Origin: Octopus bimaculoides
Taxonomy: Eukaryota
Assembly (NCBI RefSeq): GCF_001194135.2
Contig: NC_068987.1
Coordinates: 89,216,640-89,280,639, forward strand
Direction of reading: 5' to 3'
DNA length: 64,000 nucleotides
Shown here: one piece after another, positions 11,252 to 24,985 of the stretch
Layout: every line of letters starts with the position of its first letter
How positions within the stretch are numbered: position 1 is the first letter of the stretch
The notes under the pieces: model-generated
Databases searched by the model: none
Told to the model about the DNA's origin: nothing
Seen by the model: the letters and a program-made list of their open reading frames with translations, nothing else
Translations under genes and position numbers: made by a program

Positions 11252-14200
11252 GTAAGTGATACTCTTTTGTACTTATTTTTAATCAAATGAACGTTGACGG
11301 TTATTTTTTTTATATATATATCAGAATATTTTGTTATTTTCTTTTTAAGAAAGAAACAAAAGAGGATTAATGTGACTCGTCTTTTTAGTAATTTTTTCTT
11401 TATAAATATCCTCAGAGCTATTTTTTTTATTGCTTCATTGTCTGCCTCCAATATCTGATTAATATCTGTAATTGGCAAAGGTGGTGAGCTGGCAGAATTG
11501 TTAGCATACTGGTGGCATTTTATCCTTCTTTATCTCCACCAAGGTCGACTTTGCCTTTCATCCTTTAGGGATCAATAAAATAAGTACCAGTTGAGCACTA
11601 GGTGCAATACAGGCATGTGCCGTCAGTAATTACTCAGGGTAGGCAGTTGGTGACCTTTATGTAGTAAAACACCCCAAAAAAAAATAAGCAAAACACAGCC
11701 GCGTGTAGCACATAAAGAAAATGGTGTTGTAGGAATGTACACAGTAATACTATGCATAGCTTTAATACTGAAATTGAAAGCAGAAGCAAATTATGCCTAC
11801 CTGATCCACAAAAAAATAAAATATTTTGCATTTTATGCATAGTAATCTGACTAACCTTCATAATTTTATTGAGTTAGGTGCATATTTTGCCATAAAAGGA
11901 AAATGTTGCTATCAATCTATTTTATTCAAGGTAGGCAGTGCCTACCTTGCCTACCTAGGTAGCACGTCCCTGGTGCAATGTGATGAGCTTTACCCCTGCC
12001 CTGAACTCGCTGGCCTCATACCAAAATTTGAAGCCAATATTTTCCGATAGGAGAAATGACTTAATTAATAGCATACATTCAACAAATGCTAGGTTTAGTT
12101 ACTATTTACTGTTACTAAACCTTTTTGCTTCTAACTTTTGTGTTTAGCTGCTGTGAAATGAAGCGTTTTGCCAAAACTTCAGCTTTCTACTTAACATTTG
12201 TATTTTTCACTTGTATACTAACTTATTTGTTTCTTTTCCTGATTGATTCAAATTTGTTTCCTTGATACAAGGAATGTTTTAGCACAATTTAATCTATGTA
12301 GTAAGAAGAAAGAAAATTTGCTTTGCAACTCTGTGTTTCTGGGTTCATTTCCACTGCGCAACATCTTGGGCAAGTGTCTTGGGAGTGAGCCATTTTGGTA
12401 CAGCCGTTTTGGCATCACTGATTCAATGCTGATTTATTTGATTTAATGTGTGTGTCCCCTCTCTCTCTCTCTCTCTCTCTCATACGTGTACATTTCTGTG
12501 AGCTTTTGCATGTATGTGTTTGCTCCCCACAAAAAATACTTTTGCTAAAATGGGTTGCATATCCAAACAACCATGCCAAATCATCTGCACCCAATCATCC
12601 CATTCTGATGTGTCTTCTACCATATCCTCAGGTTGACTGAAACTTTGCAATTAGAATTTGGTAGATGGAAACTGTGGGGAAGTTGTGTGTGTGTGTGAGA
12701 TTCACAGGCGTATATTGAGGAAGAAACAAAAACAAAAATATTTGTTTTGTATCATGTTAGACCCCCACCCCCACCCTCTTTGGTCCTCTCGCCATTAGAA
12801 ATGCAATGAACCAGTGATTATGTTGTTATTGTTGGAAATGTAACCAACACCATTATTGTCAACAAATTACATAATGAAAGCCATTTTCAAACACTAGCAT
12901 TAGATAATTCTGAAAATTAGTATAGATTATTAGAGCATGGAATTTTTTCAGTTAATTAATCTTTCATATATCAAGTATCCAATTCAGAGAATGATACTTT
13001 TATTTATGCTTGCTAGAGTGCTTAAGGCAAGTAAATTATTTTACCCCAAGACTTGTAATAATTACAATAATATAGTTTGATGTTTGTCTAGTTTCAATGA
13101 TAGCCATGTCTGATTATTGACCATAAACAAATTAGTAAGTGTGTGTGTGTGTGTGTGTGTGNNNNNNNNNNNNNNNNNNNNNNNNNNNNNNNNNNNNNNN
13201 NNNNNNNNNNNNNNNNNNNNNNNNNNNNNNNNNNNNNNNNNNNNNNNNNNNNNNNNNNNNNNNNNNNNNNNNNNNNNNNNNNNNNNNNNNNNNNNNNNNN
13301 NNNNNNNNNNNNNNNNNNNNNNNNNNNNNNNNNNNNNNNNNNNNNNNNNNNNNNNNNNNNNNNNNNNNNNNNNNNNNNNNNNNNNNNNNNNNNNNNNNNN
13401 NNNNNNNNNNNNNNNNNNNNNNNNNNNNNNNNNNNNNNNNNNNNNNNNNNNNNNNNNNNNNNNNNNNNNNNNNNNNNNNNNNNNNNNNNNNNNNNNNNNN
13501 NNNNNNNNNNNNNNNNNNNNNNNNNNNNNNNNNNNNNNNNNNNNNNNNNNNNNNNNNNNNNNNNNNNNNNNNNNNNNNNNNNNNNNNNNNNNNNNNNNNN
13601 NNNNNNNNNNNNNNNNNNNNNNNNNNNNNNNNNNNNNNNNNNNNNNNNNNNNNNNNNNNNNNNNNATAGCTTATAGTTACAGTTGGTTAATTGTGTGTGT
13701 GTTTGTTATCATCATCATCATCATCGTTTAACGTCCGCTTTCCATGCTAGCATGGGTTGAACGATTTGACTAAGGACTGGTGAAACCAGATGGCTACACC
13801 AGGCTCCAATCTGATTTGGCAGAGTTTCTACAGCTGGATGCCCTTCCTAACGCCAACCACTTCAAGAGTGTAGTGGGTGCTTTTACATGCCACCGGCACG
13901 AAGGCCAGTCAGGAGGTACTGGCAATGGCATCTGCACAGGAGCCAGTTCAGCGGCACTGGCAATGATCTCACTCGAATGTCTTTTCACGTGCCACTGACA
14001 CAAGTGCCAGGAAGGCGACTTTGGTAACGATCACGCTCAAATGGTGCTATTAACGTTGTATCTGTGCAATTTCACTCCACATATCCCACTCACTGCTGTC
14101 GTTTTCTTCCCGAGCCCTAGGACTCATAGGACCAGTTAACCAGTTTCTATGGCATGCAAGTGACTAAGATCACAACATTCCCCCTGAACTGAATGCCAGT

Positions 14201-15295
14201 CTATTGCAGGGTCCAAGGTCAGCAAGTTTGAAGGGAGGGGACAACTTCAACCCTAATATTTGACTGGTATTTATTTTATCAACCCTTAAGGGATGAAAGG
14301 CAAAGTTGATTTAGGCAAGATTTGAACTCAGAATGTAAAAATGAAGCATTCCCATCTGACTTGCTAACAGTTCTGTCAGTTCCCTGCTTTTGAGAAAACT
14401 AAAATAATTTTCCACCATTTCTTTGCCATTTCCTGTTTGCTTGACGTGATCAATAGTTTAATATAAAAATCAGACAAAATCAGTTAGAAATTAGTTATTC
14501 CAACATCAGGTGCTCTTGATAAACATGACAGAAGTTTTTTTTGTTTTCTTTTCCCTCCCTTCAGTATTTCTGCTCCTCTTAATATTTGATAATAATGGTT
14601 TCACTGAATTCTTGTCTGTTGATTAGAATTTTTATTTTTATGAATTGTGTTGTTTTTCTATGGTTGGATGATGACAGGAAACCTAACCTAGGCTTATTTT
14701 CCAACAGAGGCAATTATTGAGGCAGAATTTCATTTAGATTTAGACTGCAGGCAACATGTCTGTAGGATAGTGTGGTAATAAATATGAAATAAGAGACAGA
14801 CTTGGAAGTTGTGAAAGAAAATAGTTAGCAGGGGGTTGAGAGGCTAAACTGAAAAAATTAGGTGTATGTTTTTCCTTTGCCAGATGTTTCAATATGTATG
14901 TCTGAAAAACTTGATGAGGCATGTCTGTAGGAAAAGGTATTTGTTAGCAACACAAATTAAATACATTTCATTGAACTTTTCTTCGGTGGTGCGTGGGTGT
15001 TGAGTTTTCTGTTGTGGTTTTCTGTGTAAGGGGACGCTGCAGTGACAGGAAAAGAAATATTGGAGACGAGGGAATTACAGAGATTTGAAATGATAGGGAT
15101 TTGTGGAGAGATATACTACTACTAGGGAGAAAGGCAAATGTTAAGCTGGTAATGATTGGTAGCTACACTGAAGTGAAATTAATCTGGTTAAACTCTTTCA
15201 CAGACATGACCTAGCATGTTTAATCAGTATTTTATCAGTTTATCTACATGATGTATTATGACAGTCATATAAATAATAAGACCAGAAATTTATAT

Positions 15296-15348
<53 letters not shown>

Positions 15349-18300
15349 TTATTTAAAAGCAGCAGAAATATAACAAAAGACTGTTACTCGGAGTTTCACG
15401 TTCCTGTTCATCAGACAGTTTTGTTAAATTTTCTAACAAAACTGTCCGATGAATGGGAACGTGAAACTCTGAGTAACAGTCTTTTGTTATATTTTTGCTG
15501 CTTTTAAATAAAGCATATTACTCTACCTCTGGTATTTGAGTACTCTTTTTTCCACCTTGTTACACATTTATGTGCTTACTCTGGTATACATATATATATA
15601 TATATATATATATGATAATGTTATTGGATATTAAATTAAAGTGAGGTTTGGAGTACTTTTAATGGGAAACTGTTCAGCTGCTAATTTTCATGTTTAATTA
15701 CCTTTATGTTGTCATCATTTAAACGTTGTCTAGGAAGGAATGGAGGGGGATTCTCACACATCTACTTTTTAAGGTTTCATTCTGCTCTTTTGATTTGAGA
15801 GCATAGTGCTAATGTTCATTTGGATTAGGGTCTTCATAGCTTGCATAAATTTACTTACTTCTAAACTTTGTCTTAAGATATAGCTACCTATGTGAATGAT
15901 TCAACAGAATAAAGGCCAAGCTGCTTAGATGACTGATGAATAAATACTTCAATTCCATTGCTTGATGGAAATTCTCAAACTGCTCAAAAGCCAACTTCTT
16001 AACCACATTACCATTTCTATAGAAGCCAATTAACTTCACTCTGTAGCTTCTAAATAGAAACATATTCTATACTCATTCTGTTTTTTTTTTCTCTCTTTTA
16101 AAACTTTTTTACCATTCTTCATATATAAAGGTGTGTGGCTTAGTATTGGTTACAGTGTTGCACTCATGATCTCCAGATCATTGGTTCAATTCCCAGATTG
16201 TGTGGCATGTTGTGTTCTTGAGTAAAACACTTCCTTTCATGTTGATCTAGTGTTGTGTGGGGACCAGCATGTCAAAGAACAGACCCCTTGTTTCCTCTGT
16301 GTGTCGTAAAATAGGGTGACTAAAAGAGGTTAGGTAGGGTTTGTACTCCCAATCTTGTAAAACCCTCACCAGCAATGACTACCCAAACACCCATGGCTTG
16401 GAGAGTTGTCAACCGAGTGGTGCAAAGGCATTATCTGCCAGGGTTAGGGAATCCCCAATAAATGGTGGCTGCAGTGATGCACCACTACTACATATACCCT
16501 GCTGCTGCTACTACTACTACTACTACTACTACTTATTTAGCTGTTACAATGATTTTATTCATTTGTTTACTTTTTAATTGTAAATAAGTATTATGAATAT
16601 TTTGCAGCTTGAAGTTACAATCCTGCCTGTTTTATTGACCAATTCCATTAGCAAAGTCATTTTATTTCCTCTTTGAGAAGTTGTCTAATGTGGAAGGCCT
16701 GTGGCCTAATTGTTAAGGCATCATTGCATGATCGTAGTTCCAATGTTCCAATTCCTGGACTAGGTACTGCATTGTGTTCCTGAGCAAAACACTTTATTTG
16801 ATGTGGTTTCAGTTCACTCAGCTGTGAGCGACTAACCCTGTGATGGATTAGCTTCCCATCCAGGTTGAATCTTGTGATCTTGGTCACTTATATATCATGG
16901 AAACCAGGTAACTGGCCCTAAGAGTCTGAGGGCTTGACATATTACTTGAGATGTCTTTTTCTTACTCATTACAGCAGAGTGGGATTAGACAGCATTTAAC
17001 TATTATTTCTAGCAGATCAAATAACCACATAGAGGCTTGTTGAACAGAGCAAAGTAGAGGCGATCTATTGGCAATTTGGTTTCAATTTCTGGTTGTTTTA
17101 GGTTTGTATGGCTTCATCTAGGTCTCTACATAAAAATTGCAGAAACACTACACTCATTCATTTTTCCTCTTAAATCTGAACATGTGTACCTACTTAGAAA
17201 TTAGTCATATCAGTTTTGCATTCTAGTTAGCTCTCTAAATATGGTCTTTACTGAGAAGCAGATAAAGTCAATAGAATAGGCTGAAAGAAATCCTGATACA
17301 CTAACTATACCATTTACCCCCACCCATCTGATTACTGCTGTTAACTATGGTCACTCCACAGTGTCAAATTAATACTGGAACTTGAAGCAATTCAATGGTG
17401 CTACACCTAGAAGATTGCATTAATGGGACAGTTGAGCTTCTGGGAGAGGCTGAAAGAATTATGACTCTACTCTCTCAAGTGTAGTTGCGAAAGATATCTA
17501 GTGATGTACATATGGAAAATCTTGGAGGGTTTGGTACCAAACTTTAGCATCAAGAATTACACACCTCACTTCCAGCGGATTGCTAAAGGTTCTGACTACT
17601 TTGTACAGAGTAAAAAGGAACAGGTATTCCAATAGCTTGAGATGCAAGGGCCCACTGCAGTTTAATGTATTGTCATAAAACCTGAGGTATCTACACACAG
17701 TAGCATCTAGACTTCTGCTATCCAAGATTCCAGATGAGTCAATAATCACCACAAGAGACCAGCAACATCAGACTCCTTTATTCATCAAAAGCCAACCACA
17801 TGAGAATGGATATTGAAAAGATGATCATAATGGTGGTACTCCAGCATGGTCACAGCCATTGAACTGGAATGCATACAGGAAAAAAAAAAAAACAGTTCAA
17901 AGGTTTTTGTGGGATTCACATCTGCAAATTAATGAATTTGGCTACAAATAATTGACCAAAAGTCTTTAGTGAAGTTCAGCACTTCCTGTACTCTCAAGAA
18001 CATTGGGCAACAAGCTGATGCCACTGATTTCTGTCGGCTGCAGTTTTCTCTGCACCGGCCATGTGATAGTGGCCTCTCTCGTTTAGGTTATGAATGTTCT
18101 ATGCCCTGTACTTTTTGGTCATCTCTCTTACATTTTTCCCTCCAGTAGTGTCCATTTGAAAGCTGTTTTAACAACAGTGTTGTTCTGGTGGCCAGTGTCT
18201 GTGACCTACTAATCTTAATTTTCATTCTGTGATGATTTTGCTACAGTGTCTGTGACCTACTAATCTTAATTTTCATTCTGTGATGATTTTGCTAAGCTGT

Positions 18301-21300
18301 CTTGTATTGGCTTTCTTTTGAATGTCTTCATTGGTTACATGCATCCTGATGGTACATTCTTCGAATCCTCAAGTGTTTTTGGTGGAACGCATCTAGCTTT
18401 CTGTTGACTTCCACAGTGCTCTTCCATTGACATAGAGAACCATTGGTAGAACTATGGTATTACAGAACCAGATGTTTGTGTGTTGGGGTTGCATTTTATC
18501 AGCATTTGAAGTCACTACTCCAATTGAGAAAGGAAGAAGAGAAAAGAGATAAAGGTAGAGAGAAAGAAAGACAGGCAGAGAGAGAGAGAGAGAGAGATGA
18601 TGGTGGAGATGTATTGGGACATACCTACAGGGTACAGTGGGGATGAATATAAGTAAATATAAGTGGTACAGAGGGGATTAGACAGGGTAATAGGGTATGG
18701 GGGGGATGTTTCATAAGAGTGTGGTGGGAAATAGTTAGAGATGGGACAGAGATAGCTGTAGCAAATGATAGGAGTGGCTCAAGGGGCCAATGTGAGTAGA
18801 TAATTTAGAGGCTGATTATTTATGATTTATCTATCTCATTCACTCTTAAACATTTTAGCAGCGACGGAATAATTTGTTAGGCTCAAAGGATTTTTATTGA
18901 AGATTGCATACGTAGTTAATCTCTGTATGTTTTCTAGAATAAAAAAAATCTTAAAGATTATACAGCTATCAAAATTATTAACTCTAATTAGAAGTATTTG
19001 TTAATTATTTCAGGTAAATGGTGTTGATGTTTTAGAAGGTCCGTTACGAATATATTGGCAAGTTACTATACCTATACAGTTAAAACATTGTGATGACGTC
19101 CCTGTACCACCAATTGCATCATGGAGACACAGCTATTATGCTACTCCAACTGGTAATGGCCTTAATATTGATGCTGAAGAACCACAGGTAAGCTTGTCAT
19201 GTATTCTCTATTTATGTGTGTGCGTGTGGGCATGAATATCAAACATTGTTTGTATCATAAAATATACATGTAAAATGCTTCTGCTTTTTTTTTCCATCAC
19301 AGTTTCAATCATTACATGTACTCGTGTGTGTGTGTGTGTACACACATATACATGCATGTAATTTCTTTAAAACTTAGAATTTCTATATCCAGAATATAAA
19401 CTGACCTTTGCACTAAGAATTAGAAGTGTACACTGCTATGTTACTAAATGTGTAAGTGATAGTGTTGAAAATCAGGCAAAGAAAGAGACCAGCTAGCAGA
19501 CACTTTACCAATCCATTCCAGCAATGGGCATTTGATTCTTCATAGAAACCAACCCACTTCTTTGAGAATTTCAAACAAGAAAGTATCTTACGTGAAAAAT
19601 ATGTGCTAAGTCAACAAACTAAACCAGTTTTTCTTTTTCTTTTTTTCTTTATCGAACAGCATTTATAAAACTAAGATGAATTTTGGCAGCATAAAAATAT
19701 TTAAGTCTTCAATATTCTTAAGGGTTGTTTTTATTCCTTTGAAAACATGTGATTTAATGCATATTTCACATTATTTTTTTAATGCATTTTTGGTAAAGAA
19801 ATATGTGCTGAAGTATCTTGAAATCTGTTAAAATAATTCTCTTTTTTCTTTTTTTAGTTTTTCCATGTATGTAATGTATTTCAAAACTGTACTCGACATA
19901 CTTAACAGATACAGTCATTATTATTATTATTATTAGTTGACGGTGGAGAGGGAAGTGTTGCCTTGTAGCAAGTTTGTTGAAAGGTGGGGGAATGTTGGAA
20001 GAATGGCCACTGTGAAAGAACCAATTCTGAGCGTGCACCTGTAAAAAAAAAAGCAGGCTCTTGCCCTGTTCAGGCACCCATGGCTTTTGTGGGTTTTTCC
20101 ATGAGGACCTTAAAGCACCTCCCCCCCATTGGGAGTTTTTAATTTATTCAATTTTTTTTGTTATTGTGCACACACAAAAAACCATTGCATCGTCCTGTAT
20201 TTGTCTTTTATGTTGTATGTCAATGTTTTGTATGTGAGCCCGTGTGGCTAATAAAAGAATTATCATTATTTTTATTATTCGCTATGTTCTGAGTTCAAAT
20301 TCCACCAAGGTCAATAAATATTGGGGTCAATAAATTAAGTACCAGTTGCGTACTGAGGTCAATCTAATCAACTGGCTCTCTCCCCCCAAATTTGAGGCCT
20401 TGTGCCTCCAGCAGAAAGGATTATTATTATTACTAAGTGGTGAGCTGGCAGAATCATTAGCCAAATAAAATGTTTAGTACCGTTTGTCCATCTTTACGTT
20501 CTGAGTTCAGATGCTGTCAAGATTGACCTTGCCTTCCAGCCATTTGAGGGGGCAATACACTAAGTACCAGTTGGACACTGACATCAATACAATTGATTAA
20601 CCCCTCCCTGCAAATTTCAGGCTTTGTGCCTATAGTAGAAAGGTTTATTATCATTATTATTATTATTAAGATGGCTGACAGAACTGCTAACATGCCAGAT
20701 AGGATGCTTAGTGGCATTTCCTCTATGCTTTGAGCTCAGGTTCGTCCGAGGCTGACTTTGCTTTTCATCCGTTTGTGATCGTTAAAATAAGTACCAGTTG
20801 TGGATTGGGGTTGATGTAATCAACTAACCCTTTCCCCTGAAATTGCTGGCCTTGTGCCAAAATTTGAAACCATTATTTTCTTTTTTTTTTTTTTTTTTTT
20901 TTTTNNNNNNNNNNNNNNNNNNNNNNNNNNNNNNNNNNNNNNNNNNNNNNNNNNNNNNNNNNNNNNNNNNNNNNNNNNNNNNNNNNNNNNNNNNNNNNNN
21001 NNNNNNNNNNNNNNNNNNNNNNNNNNNNNNNNNNNNNNNNNNNNNNNNNNNNNNNNNNNNNNNNNNNNNNNNNNNNNNNNNNNNNNNNNNNNNNNNNNNN
21101 NNNNNNNNNNNNNNNNNNNNNNNNNNNNNNNNNNNNNNNNNNNNNNNNNNNNNNNNNNNNNNNNNNNNNNNNNNNNNNNNNNNNNNNNNNNNNNNNNNNN
21201 NNNNNNNNNNNNNNNNNNNNNNNNTTTGTCAGTTTTCAGAGAACCAGGTTCACTTTCCACAAAGCAAGCAGTTCAATTTACTTGATATGTCTCCTGCTAC

Positions 21301-24300
21301 CATAAAAGGTTGATTTAGGACGATAACTCTATTGTTATTATTATTCTATTAGTTCTTCCAGTTCACTGGCAAATTAAGGAGCTGCACTAACTCACATTAC
21401 TTGATGCTTTAGTAAAATGTACCAGTATTTCTTATTGTATCATCCTGAGGGGAAGGGCTGGCTTTATGTATTTTTATAGCCTGTTTTAAATAGGAAAATG
21501 AAAAAAAATCTGAGGGCAATTTTTTTTTTACTTTTTAGGAAATCGCTATTTTACACTTTACACATTATTGTGTTACAGTATTTTTGACAAACTTTTTCTT
21601 TTCTTTTTTCTTTTTTTTTCTTCGTGTTTCTGAAATTTACCTTTGTAGCTATAATTATAGGTGCACTTGGCTACCTTGCTAAATGTTTTAAGAAGTGCCA
21701 AAAAGCAGGCAAAGAAAGTGACCAGCTAACTGTCACTTTGCAAATGTACTCAGTGAAAAATACAGTAACAAATTCACTTAACCTCATTTATCACAGGATT
21801 TGGCTTCAAAAAGAAAAAACACAGTGATAAATGAATCTTGTCCTTTACACCTTGTAAAGTCTTTGGCACTGAATTTGTGTCCTACAGTAGCAGAGCTTCA
21901 CTCATTTGGATTTTCTTGATCCTCAATCCATTTTAACTTTTTTGTAAAGTAATCTACCTTGGAAGGGATTCATTATTGGAATATTCTGCTTTTGAAGGAT
22001 ACAATCTTATCTGCTGAAGAATAGAGCCACTTTTGTTTTTTGTCTTGTCAATGAGAAATGACTATAACTTCTATACTTTTGTATATGAAATCATTTATTT
22101 CAATTGAATAGATTTTTTGTGGTGGGTGTTATTTTGAAGGGATGGAAATAAATTGTGTGTCTAATACTAAGTGATGTTAGCTCATTTGCATTCATAACAG
22201 ATAAAAGTAATCTTTTATGAAAGAGAAGACATAACGGTTTTATGTGGAGGGAGGGGTTATAATTTTTACAAGTTCCCATTCCATTTATCAGCCGTTTTAC
22301 AATATGGATTGGGTACATTTTATAATGCTTCTATGAAGTGTCTAAATTAATGACATTGAAAGCTAATGCATATTGTTATTCCAGTATAAATATTTTATGC
22401 CTGTGTTAATTCTAACATCTTGTAACCCCTATCTCTTATTGTAACTCATCTGTTTGTGACCTTACTAGAATGCTTCTATTTTAATTTTTTTTTTTTTCTT
22501 CATTTCATTTCAATGATTAGTGAGGAAGAGGAGTGCTTTCACATTGGTGAGACTGAAGTGGTTGTCGTTGGATTTGAACTAAATTTCAGCACTTGTTGAA
22601 AATGTGAATTTCCTCAAATCCCACGTCACTATCTTACAAAAGGGAAAGACACATTGAACAATGAAGTCCTATATGGATAAAACAATGGGATGGTTAGGGC
22701 TGGAAAGCCCTGTGTCACACATGGATCTGCTTGGTGAGGATTGGCCTGGGGTTAAACAACAACATAGGCAGGAAGAGTATTTCAGAGAACGGCAACTTTG
22801 TGAAAGAATGATTAGATAAAGTATTTAATGCAAGGCCTTGGGNNNNNNNNNNGGGGGGTGCACATTGGGATGACTAAAGGGAAGAGACTGGTGCCTCGGA
22901 TGAGGCTTCAGTAGATTGGGTTCTTGGTTCAGAGGAACTGTCACAGAAAAAATGAAGAAGAAACAATGTCTTTGAGTAAATTTTAGTTCAGTTTGTTAAA
23001 TGGCTTTTGGATGTTGTCTTGGATATTTCTGTGTACAGCAGTTGCATAATTCCAGAAATGGGGTCTCGAGAGATCCCTAACAAAACACTGGCTGGCCTGG
23101 AATCATCTACCAGGAAACTTCTGATCAAAGAGATGAGATGGATTCTACCGGTAGGTGTAAAACTTAAGCATGTAATGATGTGGGAGATAACATTATTTTT
23201 GCTGATGCTCAGAAAAGCAAGAACTAACTTGTGTATGTTATGGAAGAATAAGTCTTTAAGGATGTCTTTTACAGGAAATTTTATGAGTAGTTTCTGAAAA
23301 GGGGAAGGGAGAAAGAGATTAAGTATTTTCAGATGTTTAAAATGAAAGTGATAGGATATTAGTTGTCAGGCCAACATGTTCCCTTTAGAATTGCACACCA
23401 TTATCAAGTCAGTGGATTCTGATAGCCACCTACAGAATGAGAAAAACTCAAAAACTAAAGAACCAAAACAACTTTAGGGCTCAATGACTGAGAGTAAAGA
23501 AAGAGACCTTGTCAGGGGTGAGTGCTTTGTTAGGTTGGAGTGATTTGAAGAAACTTGAAATTCAGCAACTCCCAAGTAATTTAACTGTATTGTTGTTAGT
23601 TTGTTTGGCTTTAAATATTCTGTTGTTACCTTGTTACTCTTTCAGCTGTAATTATATTATTTTGTTACAACTCTTGTTGCATTACAGTTCTATATTTAAG
23701 AAATGAGTAATTATGTACATTATTTACATTTGACGGATATTTGTCCTCATCTTGTTTGTTGTTAACACGTTTCAGCTGATATACCCTCCAGCCTTCATCA
23801 GGTGTCTTGGGGAAATTTCGAACTTGGGTTCTCATTCCTAACGTATTTTTTGATGTTATTATTTCAGGTCACTGTCTGGAATCGAACTTGGAATCTTGGG
23901 GTTAGTAGCCCATGCTCTTAACCACTACGCCATATGCCTGTGCTCTTAACCACTACACCATATGCCCACGGACATATGGCATAGTGGTTAAGAACACGGG
24001 CTACCATATTTTCCCTGTGCACTAATCTATATTGCTGTATTACTTACTCCGTGTAAACCTAGCTATGCTCTTTGTAAACTATTGCCATGCTACTCCTTTT
24101 CTTTTCAGCTCTTTGGTTTATTTGATGACATTTACGATGACAACGATGAAGATTATGATGATGATGATTTTTCTGATTCAAAGTCTGACTCTATGCTACT
24201 AAGTTTACGTGTTAACTCTACTGAGTATGACTTTGAGTATGAGGTACCCTTAGACAGTAGTCACTTCTAAGCACTACCACTCTTCACTTTGTGCACACTT

Positions 24301-24927
24301 AGCGATAGTTCATAACGCATCACACACGTACTCACACATACACGCGTGCACACACACACACACACACACACACATTTGATTAGTCTGTGGCCTTTTAGTG
24401 AAGTGTACATTAGTTTGATTTACCTTGAGCTACAATTTACTTTCATAGCAGCTCAGGTGAAGTTGTTTCTGTTACAATTTTTGTTTAATCTTTCTTGTGA
24501 CTCCACCAATTTATCTTCCTGATGATGAGTTTAACATAGAATAGTTTATTCTACATCAGTCATCAGACTCGGGTCTGTAATCTGAAACCAGACAGAATTC
24601 ACTTTTGATTTATAGGACGGAGCAAGATGATTGATAGCCCTGGTTTAAAGTTGGATAATGTCAGACAATTCAGTTTACTGTTTCCAACAGCTAGATGAAG
24701 TGAGGCCATTTGCATAGAAACACAACAAATTAGTGGGAGCAATGAGCATTAATAATGTAATGAAAACTAATTACAGGAGTGGCTGTGTGGTAAGTAGCTT
24801 ACCAACCATATGGTCCTGGGTTCAGTCCCATTGCGTGGCACCTTGGGCAAGTGTCTTCTACTATAGCCTCGGGCCAGCCAAAGCCGTGTGAGTGGATTTG
24901 GTAGACGGGAACTGAAAGAAGCCCATC

Positions 24928-24985
<58 letters not shown>

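Noticed and set aside
13117-13731. Long ORFs in the track here and at 20820-21313, 36049-36323, 38483-38918, 41802-42132 and 55960-56712
   Set aside because: They are open only because they run through N gaps and microsatellites. Only the IPMK exon 2 portion of 55635-56675 is real.
22853-23330. Purine-rich stretch with a 96-aa ORF, possible LINE fragment
   Set aside because: No recognisable ORF1, endonuclease or RT motif in any frame.
24515-24600. CTGATGA / TCATCAG inverted pair with small hairpins and a downstream GAAAC
   Set aside because: No NUH site or stem I could be formed. At best it is a decayed motif.
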